42,784 nucleotides of DNA, taken from sequence record HE614281.1; one strand, 5' to 3'. The position numbers and the translations under genes were made by a program. The notes below the pieces were generated by a model. It was given only the letters and a program-made list of their open reading frames with translations. It was not told the origin of the DNA and did not search any database. Source of the DNA: Staphylococcus phage SpaA1. Positions 28,747 through 36,992 of this stretch are shown piece after piece. Every line of letters begins with the position of its first letter. The first letter of the stretch is position 1.

Positions 28747-28810
28747 TGTTTCGTATAATATTATAAAAAAAGGTTCATTTCAATCTGTAGAAATTAAACC
28801 AGGTGGCTAA
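28694..28810 (+). CDS. Secreted pro-peptide, AimP-like (MKKFTLVLCAFSMLAVSSVSYNIIKKGSFQSVEIKPGG)
   Basis: 38-aa ORF in +1 frame overlapping the last 53 nt of the receptor gene; RBS GGAG 9 nt upstream; N-terminal Sec signal-like segment; followed directly by a terminator. Confidence 0.5.
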   Translation: MKKFTLVLCAFSMLAVSSVSYNIIKKGSFQSVEIKPGG

Positions 28811-28840
28811 AAAGCGCAGCATATGCTGTGCTTTTTTATT
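28811..28840 (+). terminator. Rho-independent terminator after the AimP-like ORF
   Basis: AGCGCAGCATATGCTGTGCT hairpin followed by TTTTTTATTT. Confidence 0.65.
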
Positions 28841-29019
28841 TGGGGCAGCTCTATTAATGAGACTGAGTTTTATCGGTAAACTAAAAAAAGAAATAAAGAA
28901 TTTGTTTACTCTTCTATTTTTCCTTTCAATATATGATAAAATTTTCGACAAATAGAGCCTAAACTGTTGGAAAAGAGTAAATAAAAATGGGATTAAACGG
29001 ACTTATAGGGGGAATAGAA

Positions 29020-29118
29020 ATGACGAAAGAAGAGATCGTAGAATTATTTTTGAACACAGTAGATGAAGCTAAACCGGAATTAATTGAAGAATATATAGAA
29101 GAAAGTTTTAGAATTTAA
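29020..29118 (+). CDS. Small acidic ORF (32 aa, MTKEEIVELFLNTVDEAKPELIEEYIEESFRI) in the position analogous to aimX
   Basis: Strong RBS TAGGGGGAATAGAAATG; ends at a bidirectional terminator; it could be part of a non-coding transcript. Confidence 0.3.
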   Translation: MTKEEIVELFLNTVDEAKPELIEEYIEESFRI

Positions 29119-29121
29119 AAG

Positions 29122-29156
29122 ATAGCCCGTCTCCAATATGAGGGGCTATTTTTTTT
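29122..29156. terminator. Bidirectional rho-independent terminator shared by the small ORF (+) and the cI-like repressor gene (-)
   Basis: ATAGCCCGTCTC-CAATAT-GAGGGGCTAT hairpin flanked by AAAA upstream and TTTTTTTT downstream. Confidence 0.65.
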
Positions 29157-29502
29157 CGTTATTATGATATTCTTCTAATGTTTTGGTTATCGCCAACATC
29201 TGTTGAAGTACAATTTCCTGTTTTTCCTCAGGGAGCGTATCTAATCGTTCCATAATTTCCTTAAATTTTGTGTGTTTCTTTATATCTAATTCGTTACCAC
29301 GTCCTAGTAGGAAATCAGTTGTTACTTCTAATGTATCAGATAATTTTGCAATGGTATCTGGTGAAGGAAAGCGTTCTTCGGATTCATAATAACCAATTAC
29401 ACGAGACGAAGCTCCTACCTTTTTCCCTAGTATTTCTTGCGTCCAGTTACGTTGTTTTCTAAGTTTTTTTATTCTAGCCCCTATGCCCATCAATTTAATC
29501 AC
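29146..29502 (-). CDS. cI-like phage repressor (XRE-family HTH with C-terminal dimerisation region)
   Basis: 118 aa; HTH IKKLRKQRNWTQEILGKKVGASSRVIGYYES; divergent from cro-like gene across an operator-rich region. Confidence 0.8.
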   Translation of the reverse strand: MIKLMGIGARIKKLRKQRNWTQEILGKKVGASSRVIGYYESEERFPSPDTIAKLSDTLEVTTDFLLGRGNELDIKKHTKFKEIMERLDTLPEEKQEIVLQQMLAITKTLEEYHNNEKK

Positions 29503-29529
29503 CTCATAAAGTTATTCATTTGAACAACT

Positions 29530-29625
29530 TGTTCTCTTTGAGGTTAATCATAGCACATTATGTTCGAAAAGTCATTGACAATGTATAAATTGTTCGATAT
29601 GATTGTAATCGAACAAAACGTTCTT
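29530..29625. promoter_or_regulatory. Lysogeny switch region with a sigma-A-type rightward promoter and operator palindromes built on the half-site TTGTTCG/CGAACAA
   Basis: -35 TTGACA 29575-29580, 17-bp spacer, -10 TATGAT 29598-29603. Palindromes GAACAACTTGTTC (~29534), TTGTTCGAT-9nt-ATCGAACAA (~29591-29617, overlapping the -10) and GAACAAAACGTTC (~29611). Confidence 0.55.
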
Positions 29626-29638
29626 ACAGGAGGTAGAC

Positions 29639-29875
29639 ATGAAACAATCAATTATTTATCATAAAATCGCAGAACATTGTGGAGTTACTGAAAGGTATAT
29701 AAGAATGCTAGATAAAAAAGAGCGTAGCCCATCCATGGAAGTTGCTAAAAAAATAGCTGACTTTTTAGATGAATCAATAGAGGAGATTTTTTTTAACCCC
29801 AATACGAACGAAACGTTCGTTTTTGAACGGTTTTACCCAAAGTTAATTGAAGGAAACGCTTCAATTAGGCGTTGA
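29639..29875 (+). CDS. Cro-like HTH regulator
   Basis: 78 aa; HTH IAEHCGVTERYIRMLDKKERSPSMEVAKKIADFL; RBS CAGGAGGTAGACATG; divergent from the cI-like gene. Confidence 0.6.
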   Translation: MKQSIIYHKIAEHCGVTERYIRMLDKKERSPSMEVAKKIADFLDESIEEIFFNPNTNETFVFERFYPKLIEGNASIRR

Positions 29876-29907
29876 TGTAAATATAACCTATATAGGGAGT
29901 GGTATCC

Positions 29908-30096
29908 ATGCACAAAAACTTATTTATTGCTCGAAAAGAGCAACGCATGACGCAAGAAGCAACTGCAAATTTAATCAATATAGCCCCAAAAACATATTAT
30001 TTAAAAGAGCACGGTAAAAGTGATTTCACTCTAAAAGAAGCTCAGAAACTAGCAAAATACTTCAAAACAACAGTGGATGAGTTGTTTGCAAAATAA
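29908..30096 (+). CDS. Second small XRE-family HTH protein
   Basis: 62 aa from ATG 29908 (RBS TAGGGAGTGG); HTH RMTQEATANLINIAPKTYYLKEHGKS. Confidence 0.6.
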   Translation: MHKNLFIARKEQRMTQEATANLINIAPKTYYLKEHGKSDFTLKEAQKLAKYFKTTVDELFAK

Positions 30097-30120
30097 AGAG
30101 AAAAGGGGAGAGAAATACGC

Positions 30121-30276
30121 ATGAAAAACGGTAAAAGGCCAACTAAACGAGAGAAGATACATATCAATTCATATAATTTAAATCCTGATAATTGGCTAAT
30201 CTTTAAGAAGATAGATGGCGAATTACATTTAGTGCATCGTCATACAAACTCAATACGAGTCATTCCAAGTGCATAG
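30121..30276 (+). CDS. Small conserved phage protein (MKNGKRPTKREK...NPDNWLIFKK...LHLVHRHT)
   Basis: 51-aa ORF with RBS AAAGGGGAGAGAAATACGCATG; composition resembles small proteins found in lysogeny modules of Firmicute phages; below the track cutoff. Confidence 0.4.
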   Translation: MKNGKRPTKREKIHINSYNLNPDNWLIFKKIDGELHLVHRHTNSIRVIPSA

Positions 30277-30321
30277 GGTGGTGGACTGGACAAGCATTAT
30301 TAAAATTTAGGAGGGCTTTAC

Positions 30322-31101
30322 ATGGATGGATTAACAGTAGCAAACGAACTGGTATTTGAAAGTAATGGTGAGGTAGTAACAGATAGTTTGACAATTGCTG
30401 AGATGTTTGGAAAGGAGCACAAAAATATAAAACGAGATATCTTAGAAACAATTTCGAAATTAGCAAGTCTACAACATAATGCTGAAGTGGATGAACTAGG
30501 TATTAATTTTAATACGCTCAAATTTGAGCCCATTGAATATCGAGATAACCGCAATCGAATACAAGAAAAATACATTTTAAACTTCGATGCGTTTATGCTC
30601 GTAACTATGAGTTATACAACGCAAAAAGCAATGTTACTAAAGGTAAAATACATCAATGAGTTTAACCGTATGAAAAACTATATTCAGAGCCAACAACATG
30701 TACCTACAGATCCCATGAGTATTTTAAAGCTTACTTTTGAAGCGCTAGAAGGGCAAAAGCAAGAACTCCAGCACATCAAATCAGATGTCAAAGACTTACG
30801 AGAAAATGCGCCGTTATTTGCTGTAGAATGCGATGAAATATCAAATGCAGTCAAGCGTCATGGCGTTGCGCTATTAGGTGGTAAACAGTCTAATGCGTAC
30901 CAACATGCGGGGATTAGAGGTAAGGTCTACCGTGATATCTATAATCAGTTATATCGTGAATTTGGAGTAACAAGCCATAAAGCAATTAAACGTGGTCATT
31001 TGGCACTCGCAACAAAGATTGTTGGAGCGTATACGTTACCTATTGTGCTGAGTGAGAAAATTAATATAGTAAACTCTCAAATTAAGTTTTCTGAGATGTA
31101 A
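30322..31101 (+). CDS. Phage regulatory protein Rha / antirepressor
   Basis: N-terminus LVFESNGEVVTDSLTIAEMFGKEHKNIKRDI matches the Phage_pRha signature; 259 aa. Confidence 0.75.
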   Translation: MDGLTVANELVFESNGEVVTDSLTIAEMFGKEHKNIKRDILETISKLASLQHNAEVDELGINFNTLKFEPIEYRDNRNRIQEKYILNFDAFMLVTMSYTTQKAMLLKVKYINEFNRMKNYIQSQQHVPTDPMSILKLTFEALEGQKQELQHIKSDVKDLRENAPLFAVECDEISNAVKRHGVALLGGKQSNAYQHAGIRGKVYRDIYNQLYREFGVTSHKAIKRGHLALATKIVGAYTLPIVLSEKINIVNSQIKFSEM

Positions 31102-31125
31102 AAAAGTTGGAAGGAGGAAATAACC

Positions 31126-31242
31126 ATGATGGAAGAAAGTGTTTTTTCAGTATGTATCACTGGGTTTCTGATCTGTGGACTTCTACTTGTTGTTTATGCA
31201 CTAGATAAGCCAATTAAAGAATTTACAAAAGATGTGGAATGA
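31126..31242 (+). CDS. Small single-pass membrane peptide (38 aa)
   Basis: RBS AAGGAGGAAATAACCATG; MMEESVFSVCITGFLICGLLLVVYALDKPIKEFTKDVE. Confidence 0.3.
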   Translation: MMEESVFSVCITGFLICGLLLVVYALDKPIKEFTKDVE

Positions 31243-31262
31243 ATTTGAGGGGAGAAAGCGCT

Positions 31263-31577
31263 ATGACGGTATCAATTTTAAAGAAAGATATACAGAAAAA
31301 ACAAATACTAGATGAATTCTTGGAGCATTGTGAAAAGAAACAAATAGAGGCGATTCAAAAGAATGATCCATTGTTACTTTGTACTTGGATTAAAGAAGCA
31401 AGATTGGCTCGACGGGAGCTTATAGCGCTATACCGTGAGAAAGAAAAATATGATACCCAACTTGAACGGGATCGTAAAAGCATTCTAGGGATTGTGGAAC
31501 ATTTGAAAAGTAGAGGTATCAATGCTTCAGTTGTGAAGAGGGCGCATCATAATACGCTTTCTGAAGAGTGCTGTTAA
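31263..31577 (+). CDS. Hypothetical protein
   Basis: 104 aa from ATG 31263 after GAGGGGAGAAAG; helical, Cys-Cys C-terminus. Confidence 0.4.
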   Translation: MTVSILKKDIQKKQILDEFLEHCEKKQIEAIQKNDPLLLCTWIKEARLARRELIALYREKEKYDTQLERDRKSILGIVEHLKSRGINASVVKRAHHNTLSEECC

Positions 31578-31851
31578 AAGTAAAAAAGCCCTATAAAATA
31601 GGACTTCTTCTGTACATAGGTCATACTACTTGTTTCGTGCACTGACATTCATCATAAACAGTATATCAGATATATTCTGAATTATCTTCATGTAAATGCT
31701 TTAGAATGACGAAAAGACCTAAAATTAGGTCTTCTCATCGGCAATATCAGTCTAGAACAGTATACCTAACAGGAGTGAGTTAAGTAACCGGAATGCTCTT
31801 ATAGTATAGCAAACTATTACATTTAAAAACAAGAAGGGATGGTAAAAGGAA

Positions 31852-32499
31852 ATGACAGCAGAAGAATTATTTGAAGAAAAGAAATATTTAGTGATTGCAG
31901 CAGTTAAGCAACAATTTGGAAGTATCGCAAGAGCTGGACAGATTGCAGAAATAAACAATATGGATTTGGATGATTTAATACAAGTTGGCCATCTGTATTT
32001 ATGGGAGCATTGTATGAATTATGATCCAGAGAGAGTAGATACATTCAATGCATACGTGATGAAAGGCATGAAATGGGCAATGAGTGATGAGCTTCACTTG
32101 AAAGGGACGCCTTTTAAGATAAGCAGACGAGTTGGTCATGAGGAACGGAATAAAATGAATATTCATTCGATTGATTTGCATCGAGATGGAGAAACGGTAA
32201 AAGAATTTTATGCAGTGTCTCCTATCGATGTGGAACAAGAAGCGATATTATCCATTGAATTTGAAGAAATGACGAGTGTACTTGAAGAAAAAGAAAAGTC
32301 AATTATTCTGCACGTCGGTGAAGGGTATACCACAAGAGAAATTGCTGTGAAATTAGAGATGAAGAAATCTACTGTTCAAACAAGAAAGACACGGGCATTT
32401 TTAAAGATGAATCCAGATTATAAGCCAATAAAACAAAAATCCTTTTTCTTGGGGAAAAGAATGATAAAGAGAAACCACCAGTTGGGGCTGGTGATCTAA
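31852..32499 (+). CDS. Sigma-70 family RNA polymerase sigma factor (phage-encoded)
   Basis: 215 aa. The region-2-like stretch is DLIQVGHLYLWEHCMNYDPERVDTFNAYVMKGMKWAMSDEL. The region-4 HTH is GEGYTTREIAVKLEMKKSTVQTRKTRAFLKM. Confidence 0.7.
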   Translation: MTAEELFEEKKYLVIAAVKQQFGSIARAGQIAEINNMDLDDLIQVGHLYLWEHCMNYDPERVDTFNAYVMKGMKWAMSDELHLKGTPFKISRRVGHEERNKMNIHSIDLHRDGETVKEFYAVSPIDVEQEAILSIEFEEMTSVLEEKEKSIILHVGEGYTTREIAVKLEMKKSTVQTRKTRAFLKMNPDYKPIKQKSFFLGKRMIKRNHQLGLVI

Positions 32500-32722
32500 T
32501 AGAAACACATGTTGCGTACGAGATGCAAAAAAAGACCTGTTATAGCAGGTCAAAAGTCAGGGTATTTCGTGAAAGAATATAACTTATTCATCATTCTAAC
32601 AGGAAAAAGTGAAAAATAAAAGATTGAAAATAAAAAATATTAAATCTTTTTGTTGAGAAATATCAAATACCCTAGTAGTAAAGATATATTGAAAAAATGT
32701 TAGATAGAGAAGGGGGACTGGA

Positions 32723-33739
32723 ATGAATACCAATGTAATAAAAGTCGCAAGAATAAACCTGCAAGGTAACACTTTAGACCAGGGCTGGTTTAAGTACCTT
32801 ACTTTAGAAAATGGCAAGCCCTATATGGTTGCGATTACAATACTTAGCGAAATTTTTTATTGGTATAAACCAACTGAAATAAAGGATGAAAGAACAAATG
32901 AAATCCAATATAAACAAAAATTTAAAGCAGACAAACTTCAAAAAAGTTATCAACAATTGGCTGATTCATTTGGTTTTACCAAAAGACAAGTACAAGAAGC
33001 ATGCAAATACTTAGTAAAAAGAGAATTAATTGCAATTGAATTTCGTACGATCATAGTTAACGGAACGAGGCATAACAACGTTATGTATGTGGAACCAATT
33101 GTGAAGAACATCGAAAAAATTTCTATTTTATATCAAGAACCTATCACATCAGAAAGTGACACCCTCCCACATTCTAATGAGAGAGGCTCCCACACTAAAA
33201 CGGAGGAGGCTCCTACATTGAAACGTGGGACAAATACAAAGATTACTACAGAGAATACTACAGAGATTACTACAAATAAAAAGACTTCTTGTCACAAGTT
33301 TGAAACTTGCGACATGGAGCATGCCAAATTGTTATTCCAGTTAATTTTAGAAACCAATCCAGAACATAAAGAGCCGAACTTCGAGAAGTGGGCCAATGAA
33401 TTCCGCTTAATTCGCGAAAGAGACAAGAAAACAAATCAACAAATTGTGTATCTCTTGGAATGGTCTCAGGATCATTCCTTCTGGAAAAAAAATATATTGT
33501 CACCTAGTAAGTTGAGAAAGCAATGGGACAGGTTAGTAATTGAAGCCAAAGAAGAACACGAGGTGAAGAAAAATGAGCAGATTCGCAAGCATAGCGGAAG
33601 TCATGGCAGATTTGCAAAAGAGGGCTATGAAAAATTGCCAGAACCAACAAAAAAGTGGAGAGAACTTACAGACAAGGAACGAGAGGAATCACAACAAGAA
33701 TATGAAAATAACATTGAATGGCTCGGAGAAGACGCTTAA
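32723..33739 (+). CDS. Replication protein (replisome organiser / DnaD-domain protein)
   Basis: 338 aa; C-terminal FEKWANEFRLIRERDKKTNQQIVYLLEWSQDHSFWKKNI resembles DnaD/DnaB_2 domain; directly upstream of DnaC-like gene. Confidence 0.55.
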   Translation: MNTNVIKVARINLQGNTLDQGWFKYLTLENGKPYMVAITILSEIFYWYKPTEIKDERTNEIQYKQKFKADKLQKSYQQLADSFGFTKRQVQEACKYLVKRELIAIEFRTIIVNGTRHNNVMYVEPIVKNIEKISILYQEPITSESDTLPHSNERGSHTKTEEAPTLKRGTNTKITTENTTEITTNKKTSCHKFETCDMEHAKLLFQLILETNPEHKEPNFEKWANEFRLIRERDKKTNQQIVYLLEWSQDHSFWKKNILSPSKLRKQWDRLVIEAKEEHEVKKNEQIRKHSGSHGRFAKEGYEKLPEPTKKWRELTDKEREESQQEYENNIEWLGEDA

Positions 33740-34514
33740 TGATACCTGTCCGTTATGCAGTGGAACGGGAATGATCTTAAATGGATGGACAGGTAGAATG
33801 TGTGATTGCCAAAAGAAACAATCTGAAATAGCAAGGTTGAAAAATGCAATGATACCAGAAGAATTTGAAGAAGCACGTTTTAAAAATTATATTCGTCATA
33901 CCGATATGCAAAAGAAAATGTTTAACAGCATGATGGAATACTTAAAAAAGTTTAATGAAATCAGGGATACGAAGCGCAATAGCTTTGGATATATCGCTAC
34001 ATATGGCGAGGGAAGGTTAAAAGCCTTATCCATCAATGAACGGGTTGAGAAAATGAAACTTCACAACAATTACGGATTAGGTAAAACGCATCTACAAATA
34101 GCAGCTGCTAGGTGGATTATACAAAATGTTCAAACTGTAAATAAAGACATTGTAAATGCACAACCGAGAGGGTGCAGAGTAGTTTGTATAAGTGATGTCA
34201 CTTTTATGACAGAGATTATGTCAGCAAAGCGTGATGATAAAAAGGAGTACTTTGAAAAGCTCCATACAGTCGTAGAGTATGCGGATGTGCTGGTTTGGGA
34301 TGATCTAGGTAAGAGCAAACATACAGAATCTCGTGAAGAAATGTACTACGAAATCATTAATGAGCGATATAAGCGTAAAGCGCCCATCATTTTTAGCTCA
34401 AATGAAGATGAATATACCTTACCTGAAAAAATTGGGTTTGCAGCTGCTGATAGATTGCTAGGGATGGCAAATCACTATTTGATTGAAGTCGAGGGAGAAA
34501 GTTATAGACGGTAA
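33702..34514 (+). CDS. DnaC/IstB-like helicase loader ATPase with N-terminal zinc-ribbon
   Basis: CPLCSGTG...CDCQKK; Walker A GLGKTHL; Walker B VLVWDDLG. The ORF track starts at 33573, a 167-nt overlap whose translation is low-complexity, so ATG 33702 was chosen. Confidence 0.7.
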   Translation: MKITLNGSEKTLNDTCPLCSGTGMILNGWTGRMCDCQKKQSEIARLKNAMIPEEFEEARFKNYIRHTDMQKKMFNSMMEYLKKFNEIRDTKRNSFGYIATYGEGRLKALSINERVEKMKLHNNYGLGKTHLQIAAARWIIQNVQTVNKDIVNAQPRGCRVVCISDVTFMTEIMSAKRDDKKEYFEKLHTVVEYADVLVWDDLGKSKHTESREEMYYEIINERYKRKAPIIFSSNEDEYTLPEKIGFAAADRLLGMANHYLIEVEGESYRR

Positions 34515-34555
34515 AGGGGAGAAATCAATCATTTTGTGGGAATGGAGTTGAGTGT

Positions 34556-34822
34556 ATGGAACAATTAACCTTTGAAGATATCGTAGGAAACATGGATTAT
34601 ACAGCGCATAGTACGGCTGAGAAATTCCTCTCTAATCATTCAGTAACACCTACCTATGCAGTAGAATTTTTTGACCGAGATGAAAAACAGAAGTTACGTT
34701 GGTTTGAAGTGAATACAGAGGCTGAAGCAAAAGAAAAAGCGGTAGAAACATACGGGAGAATTCAAATCATTAAAGTATATGTGTCCAATCGAACATTGAA
34801 AGAAATTATGGAGCTGGACTAA
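34556..34822 (+). CDS. Hypothetical protein
   Basis: 88-aa ORF, RBS-like GGAGTTGAGTGTATG. Confidence 0.4.
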   Translation: MEQLTFEDIVGNMDYTAHSTAEKFLSNHSVTPTYAVEFFDRDEKQKLRWFEVNTEAEAKEKAVETYGRIQIIKVYVSNRTLKEIMELD

Positions 34823-34893
34823 GGGCATTTTTATCAAGAGAGCACATGCATTTCCTAAAATGGACAAGCCAATGCAAAGGAGAACAGGCATAG

Positions 34894-35058
34894 ATGAAAA
34901 GAGAAATAGACATGAAAACAAACGGCATTTACATTGTGGTGGATGGAAAAATCAACTTTGAAGAACCCCCAAAGAGCGGCTACGGACAGCAAGTCTTATA
35001 TTGGGTAAAGGGAAAAGTGTCTCATACACAAACAACGATTACGAAGAAGTTTAAATAA
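34894..35058 (+). CDS. Small hypothetical protein (54 aa)
   Basis: RBS CAAAGGAGAACAGGCATAGATG; MKREIDMKTNGIYIVVDGKINFEEPPKSGYGQQVLYWVKGK... Confidence 0.3.
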   Translation: MKREIDMKTNGIYIVVDGKINFEEPPKSGYGQQVLYWVKGKVSHTQTTITKKFK

Positions 35059-35075
35059 AACGAGGTGGGAAAATA

Positions 35076-35291
35076 ATGAATATACAAGAAGCTACTAAGT
35101 TAGCGATGGAACAAAATAAATTTATTTCACGATTACACTTTATGAAGACCTTTAAGGTCAAGATTAAGCCAACAAATACGTATGAGTTGTGTGGAAATTA
35201 TCCAATTTATCCTAACGAATTTAAACCGCGCAGGGCGTGGAATCCCTGCGCAGATGATTTAATTGCTGATGATTGGATAATTGTTGATTAA
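35076..35291 (+). CDS. DUF2829-family small protein (divergent paralogue 2 of 4)
   Basis: C-terminus LIADDWIIVD and an N-terminal helix pattern are shared with ORFs 5152, 41263 and 41505; RBS GAGGTGGGAAAATAATG. Confidence 0.5.
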   Translation: MNIQEATKLAMEQNKFISRLHFMKTFKVKIKPTNTYELCGNYPIYPNEFKPRRAWNPCADDLIADDWIIVD

Positions 35292-35587
35292 GGTAACCAT
35301 GATCTTGCTTCTTTTGCAAATTTGTATCCGGTTTTAAGAGAATTATTCTCTTCACAATATGCAATCCCTTGTGGAAGTAAGACAGTGTTATAGGCAACAT
35401 TGTCTGCTGCATACACAGAGACTAAATCTTCATCTCGCAAACGATAGAGTGCTTTCGAAATAAAATCATCAGTCTCATTTTGGTACAACTCTTTAAATGT
35501 TTCAAAAGAGAACATATCTGTCCCATGGTTTTTATACTCAGTTACCATGTATTTTAGTAGTTTTTCTGAAAGCTTAGTTATTTTCAT
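35288..35587 (-). CDS. YjcQ-like small winged-helix protein, antisense-oriented within the early region
   Basis: 99 aa; strong RBS GAGGGGAGGTGTAATTAATG on minus strand; pattern L..L.E...YSDD...L..G....EN...AYK..KE..W resembles the Bacillus prophage YjcQ family (recalled, not aligned). Confidence 0.45.
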   Translation of the reverse strand: MKITKLSEKLLKYMVTEYKNHGTDMFSFETFKELYQNETDDFISKALYRLRDEDLVSVYAADNVAYNTVLLPQGIAYCEENNSLKTGYKFAKEARSWLP

Positions 35588-35736
35588 TAATTACACCTCC
35601 CCTCTATAGGGAATTATATCAAGAAAATTACAATAAATGAGAATTTTATGGGGAATTTAGTCGGGAAGCAAGTCAAGCACGTGTAGATGTAAAGTAAGAC
35701 AAAATTTGAATTTTATTAAAAAGGGAGAGATAGGAA

Positions 35737-35991
35737 ATGGGAAAAGTAGAAATCACAGTAGAAGAAAGAATTAAAAGGAAAATATTTTATGATTTTATAT
35801 TGCCAGATCATGTATCGGAAAATCAAATGAACATCATAATTGCCCGTGTAGAAAGTCGTTCGGACTGTGCTGATGATGTTGTACATTTGTTGCAAAAAGA
35901 AATACCTGGGTTAAAAGTGAGAAAAGTAGAAGAAACAGACTTGAATTTTGATGATGCTGAAATAGTTGGTTATGACATAAGAGAAAACTAA
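35737..35991 (+). CDS. Hypothetical small acidic protein
   Basis: 84-aa ORF with RBS AAAGGGAGAGATAGGAAATG. Confidence 0.4.
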   Translation: MGKVEITVEERIKRKIFYDFILPDHVSENQMNIIIARVESRSDCADDVVHLLQKEIPGLKVRKVEETDLNFDDAEIVGYDIREN

Positions 35992-36019
35992 ACCAAAGCG
36001 TTATTTGAGAGAAAAGGAG

Positions 36020-36193
36020 ATGAATACATTGGCCCAACACTGTTTAAATTGTGGGAATAAGTTAGAGACGGTTAATTATGTTGAAACTTGCACTAAATAT
36101 ATTTGTTCTACGTGTAATGTACACTGGTTTCAATCTAGAAGAGTAGTTGTAGAGTGGACTAAACAAAAGATTAAAGCAGACAATACAAAATAG
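36020..36193 (+). CDS. Small zinc-ribbon protein (CLNCGNK...CSTCNVHW)
   Basis: Four Cys in CxxC...CxxC spacing; start uncertain (ATG 36020 or TTG 36005). Confidence 0.4.
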   Translation: MNTLAQHCLNCGNKLETVNYVETCTKYICSTCNVHWFQSRRVVVEWTKQKIKADNTK

Positions 36194-36214
36194 TTATTTG
36201 AATTAGTTTTATTA

Positions 36215-36470
36215 ATAAAAAGAGCACACTTGTATATGTGCTCTCAATAAGGTAGATGAATGTCTCATGAAACAGAAAAATCCCAAAAGTTGTAATCAGA
36301 TTTTCATGAGTAAATTTTTAATATTGTATTCCTTATGTGAATTTATGGAGCCTGTCATTAAAGAAACGATACGAGTTGGAGTTTTAACCCAAACGATATT
36401 TCATAATAAGCGAAAAGGAGCACACATATAAGCATGCTCTTTAATAAGAAAGGTAGATCTCTATGAGCGC
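36215..36470. repeat. Two imperfect ~50-bp direct repeats, each containing a GAGCACA...TGTGCTC-type hairpin, within a 400-bp non-coding gap
   Basis: The first copy spans ~36219-36272 (AAAGAGCACACTTGTATATGTGCTCTCAATAAGGTAGATGAATGTCTCATGA). The second spans ~36414-36466 (AAAGGAGCACACATATAAGCATGCTCTTTAATAAGAAAGGTAGATCTCTATGAG). Confidence 0.45.
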
Positions 36471-36593
36471 AGAGACTACATACAATATCCATATGTTTGT
36501 TTCTTTTAAATGTGAAGAAAAAATCAACAAAAGGTCAATGTAAACTCAATAAAAATTCAACAAAAACGCTATTTTATTAGAAAAGGAGAATGA

Positions 36594-36959
36594 ATGATGA
36601 AAACATTTACTGTAACGTATACGGAAACTAAGGTGTATGAGGGAATTGTAGAAGCGGAAACATTAGAACAAGCAGCTGATCGCGTTCGTGATGGATATGT
36701 CGAAGAAGAGGTGCTAGTTGAAAAAGACATAACTATCGATGAGCTAAAACTGGAACAAACGGAAGAACCGGATAACGTTCGAAGTTTGGTTATAAATTAC
36801 GGAGAACTTAGTTTTACGAATTTTGAACATGCTGTAAATGTTCTTTCAGAGGAGTATGGATTTGAAGGTGAAGCATGGGAAATGGTTGTAGCGAGTGGAG
36901 ACTTAGAAATATTATGTGAGTTTCTAAGCGAAGATGGTATAAGTGCAGAAATCGAATAA
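36594..36959 (+). CDS. Highly acidic small protein (candidate DNA-mimic / host-takeover protein)
   Basis: 121 aa with very high Glu/Asp content (e.g. EAETLEQAADRVRDGYVEEEVLVEKDITIDELKLEQTEEPD); preceded by the repeated leader TTAGAAAAGGAGAATGAATGATG. Confidence 0.5.
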   Translation: MMKTFTVTYTETKVYEGIVEAETLEQAADRVRDGYVEEEVLVEKDITIDELKLEQTEEPDNVRSLVINYGELSFTNFEHAVNVLSEEYGFEGEAWEMVVASGDLEILCEFLSEDGISAEIE

Positions 36960-36992
36960 AAACTTCATTTTAGTAGAAAAGGAGAATGAAAG

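Noticed and set aside
33573-33701. Track start of the DnaC-like ORF at 33573, overlapping the upstream gene by 167 nt
   Set aside because: The N-terminal 43 residues from that start are low-complexity and the upstream ORF's C-terminus looks like a genuine protein. ATG 33702 gives a typical ~270-aa DnaC-like protein, but the earlier start cannot be excluded.
36200-36593. Possible tRNA or small RNA gene in the 400-bp gap, flagged by GC-rich hairpins
   Set aside because: No cloverleaf-compatible arrangement with acceptor stem, T-arm GTTC-like motif or CCA context was recognisable. The hairpins are better described as repeated terminator/promoter-like elements; there is not enough evidence for a tRNA.
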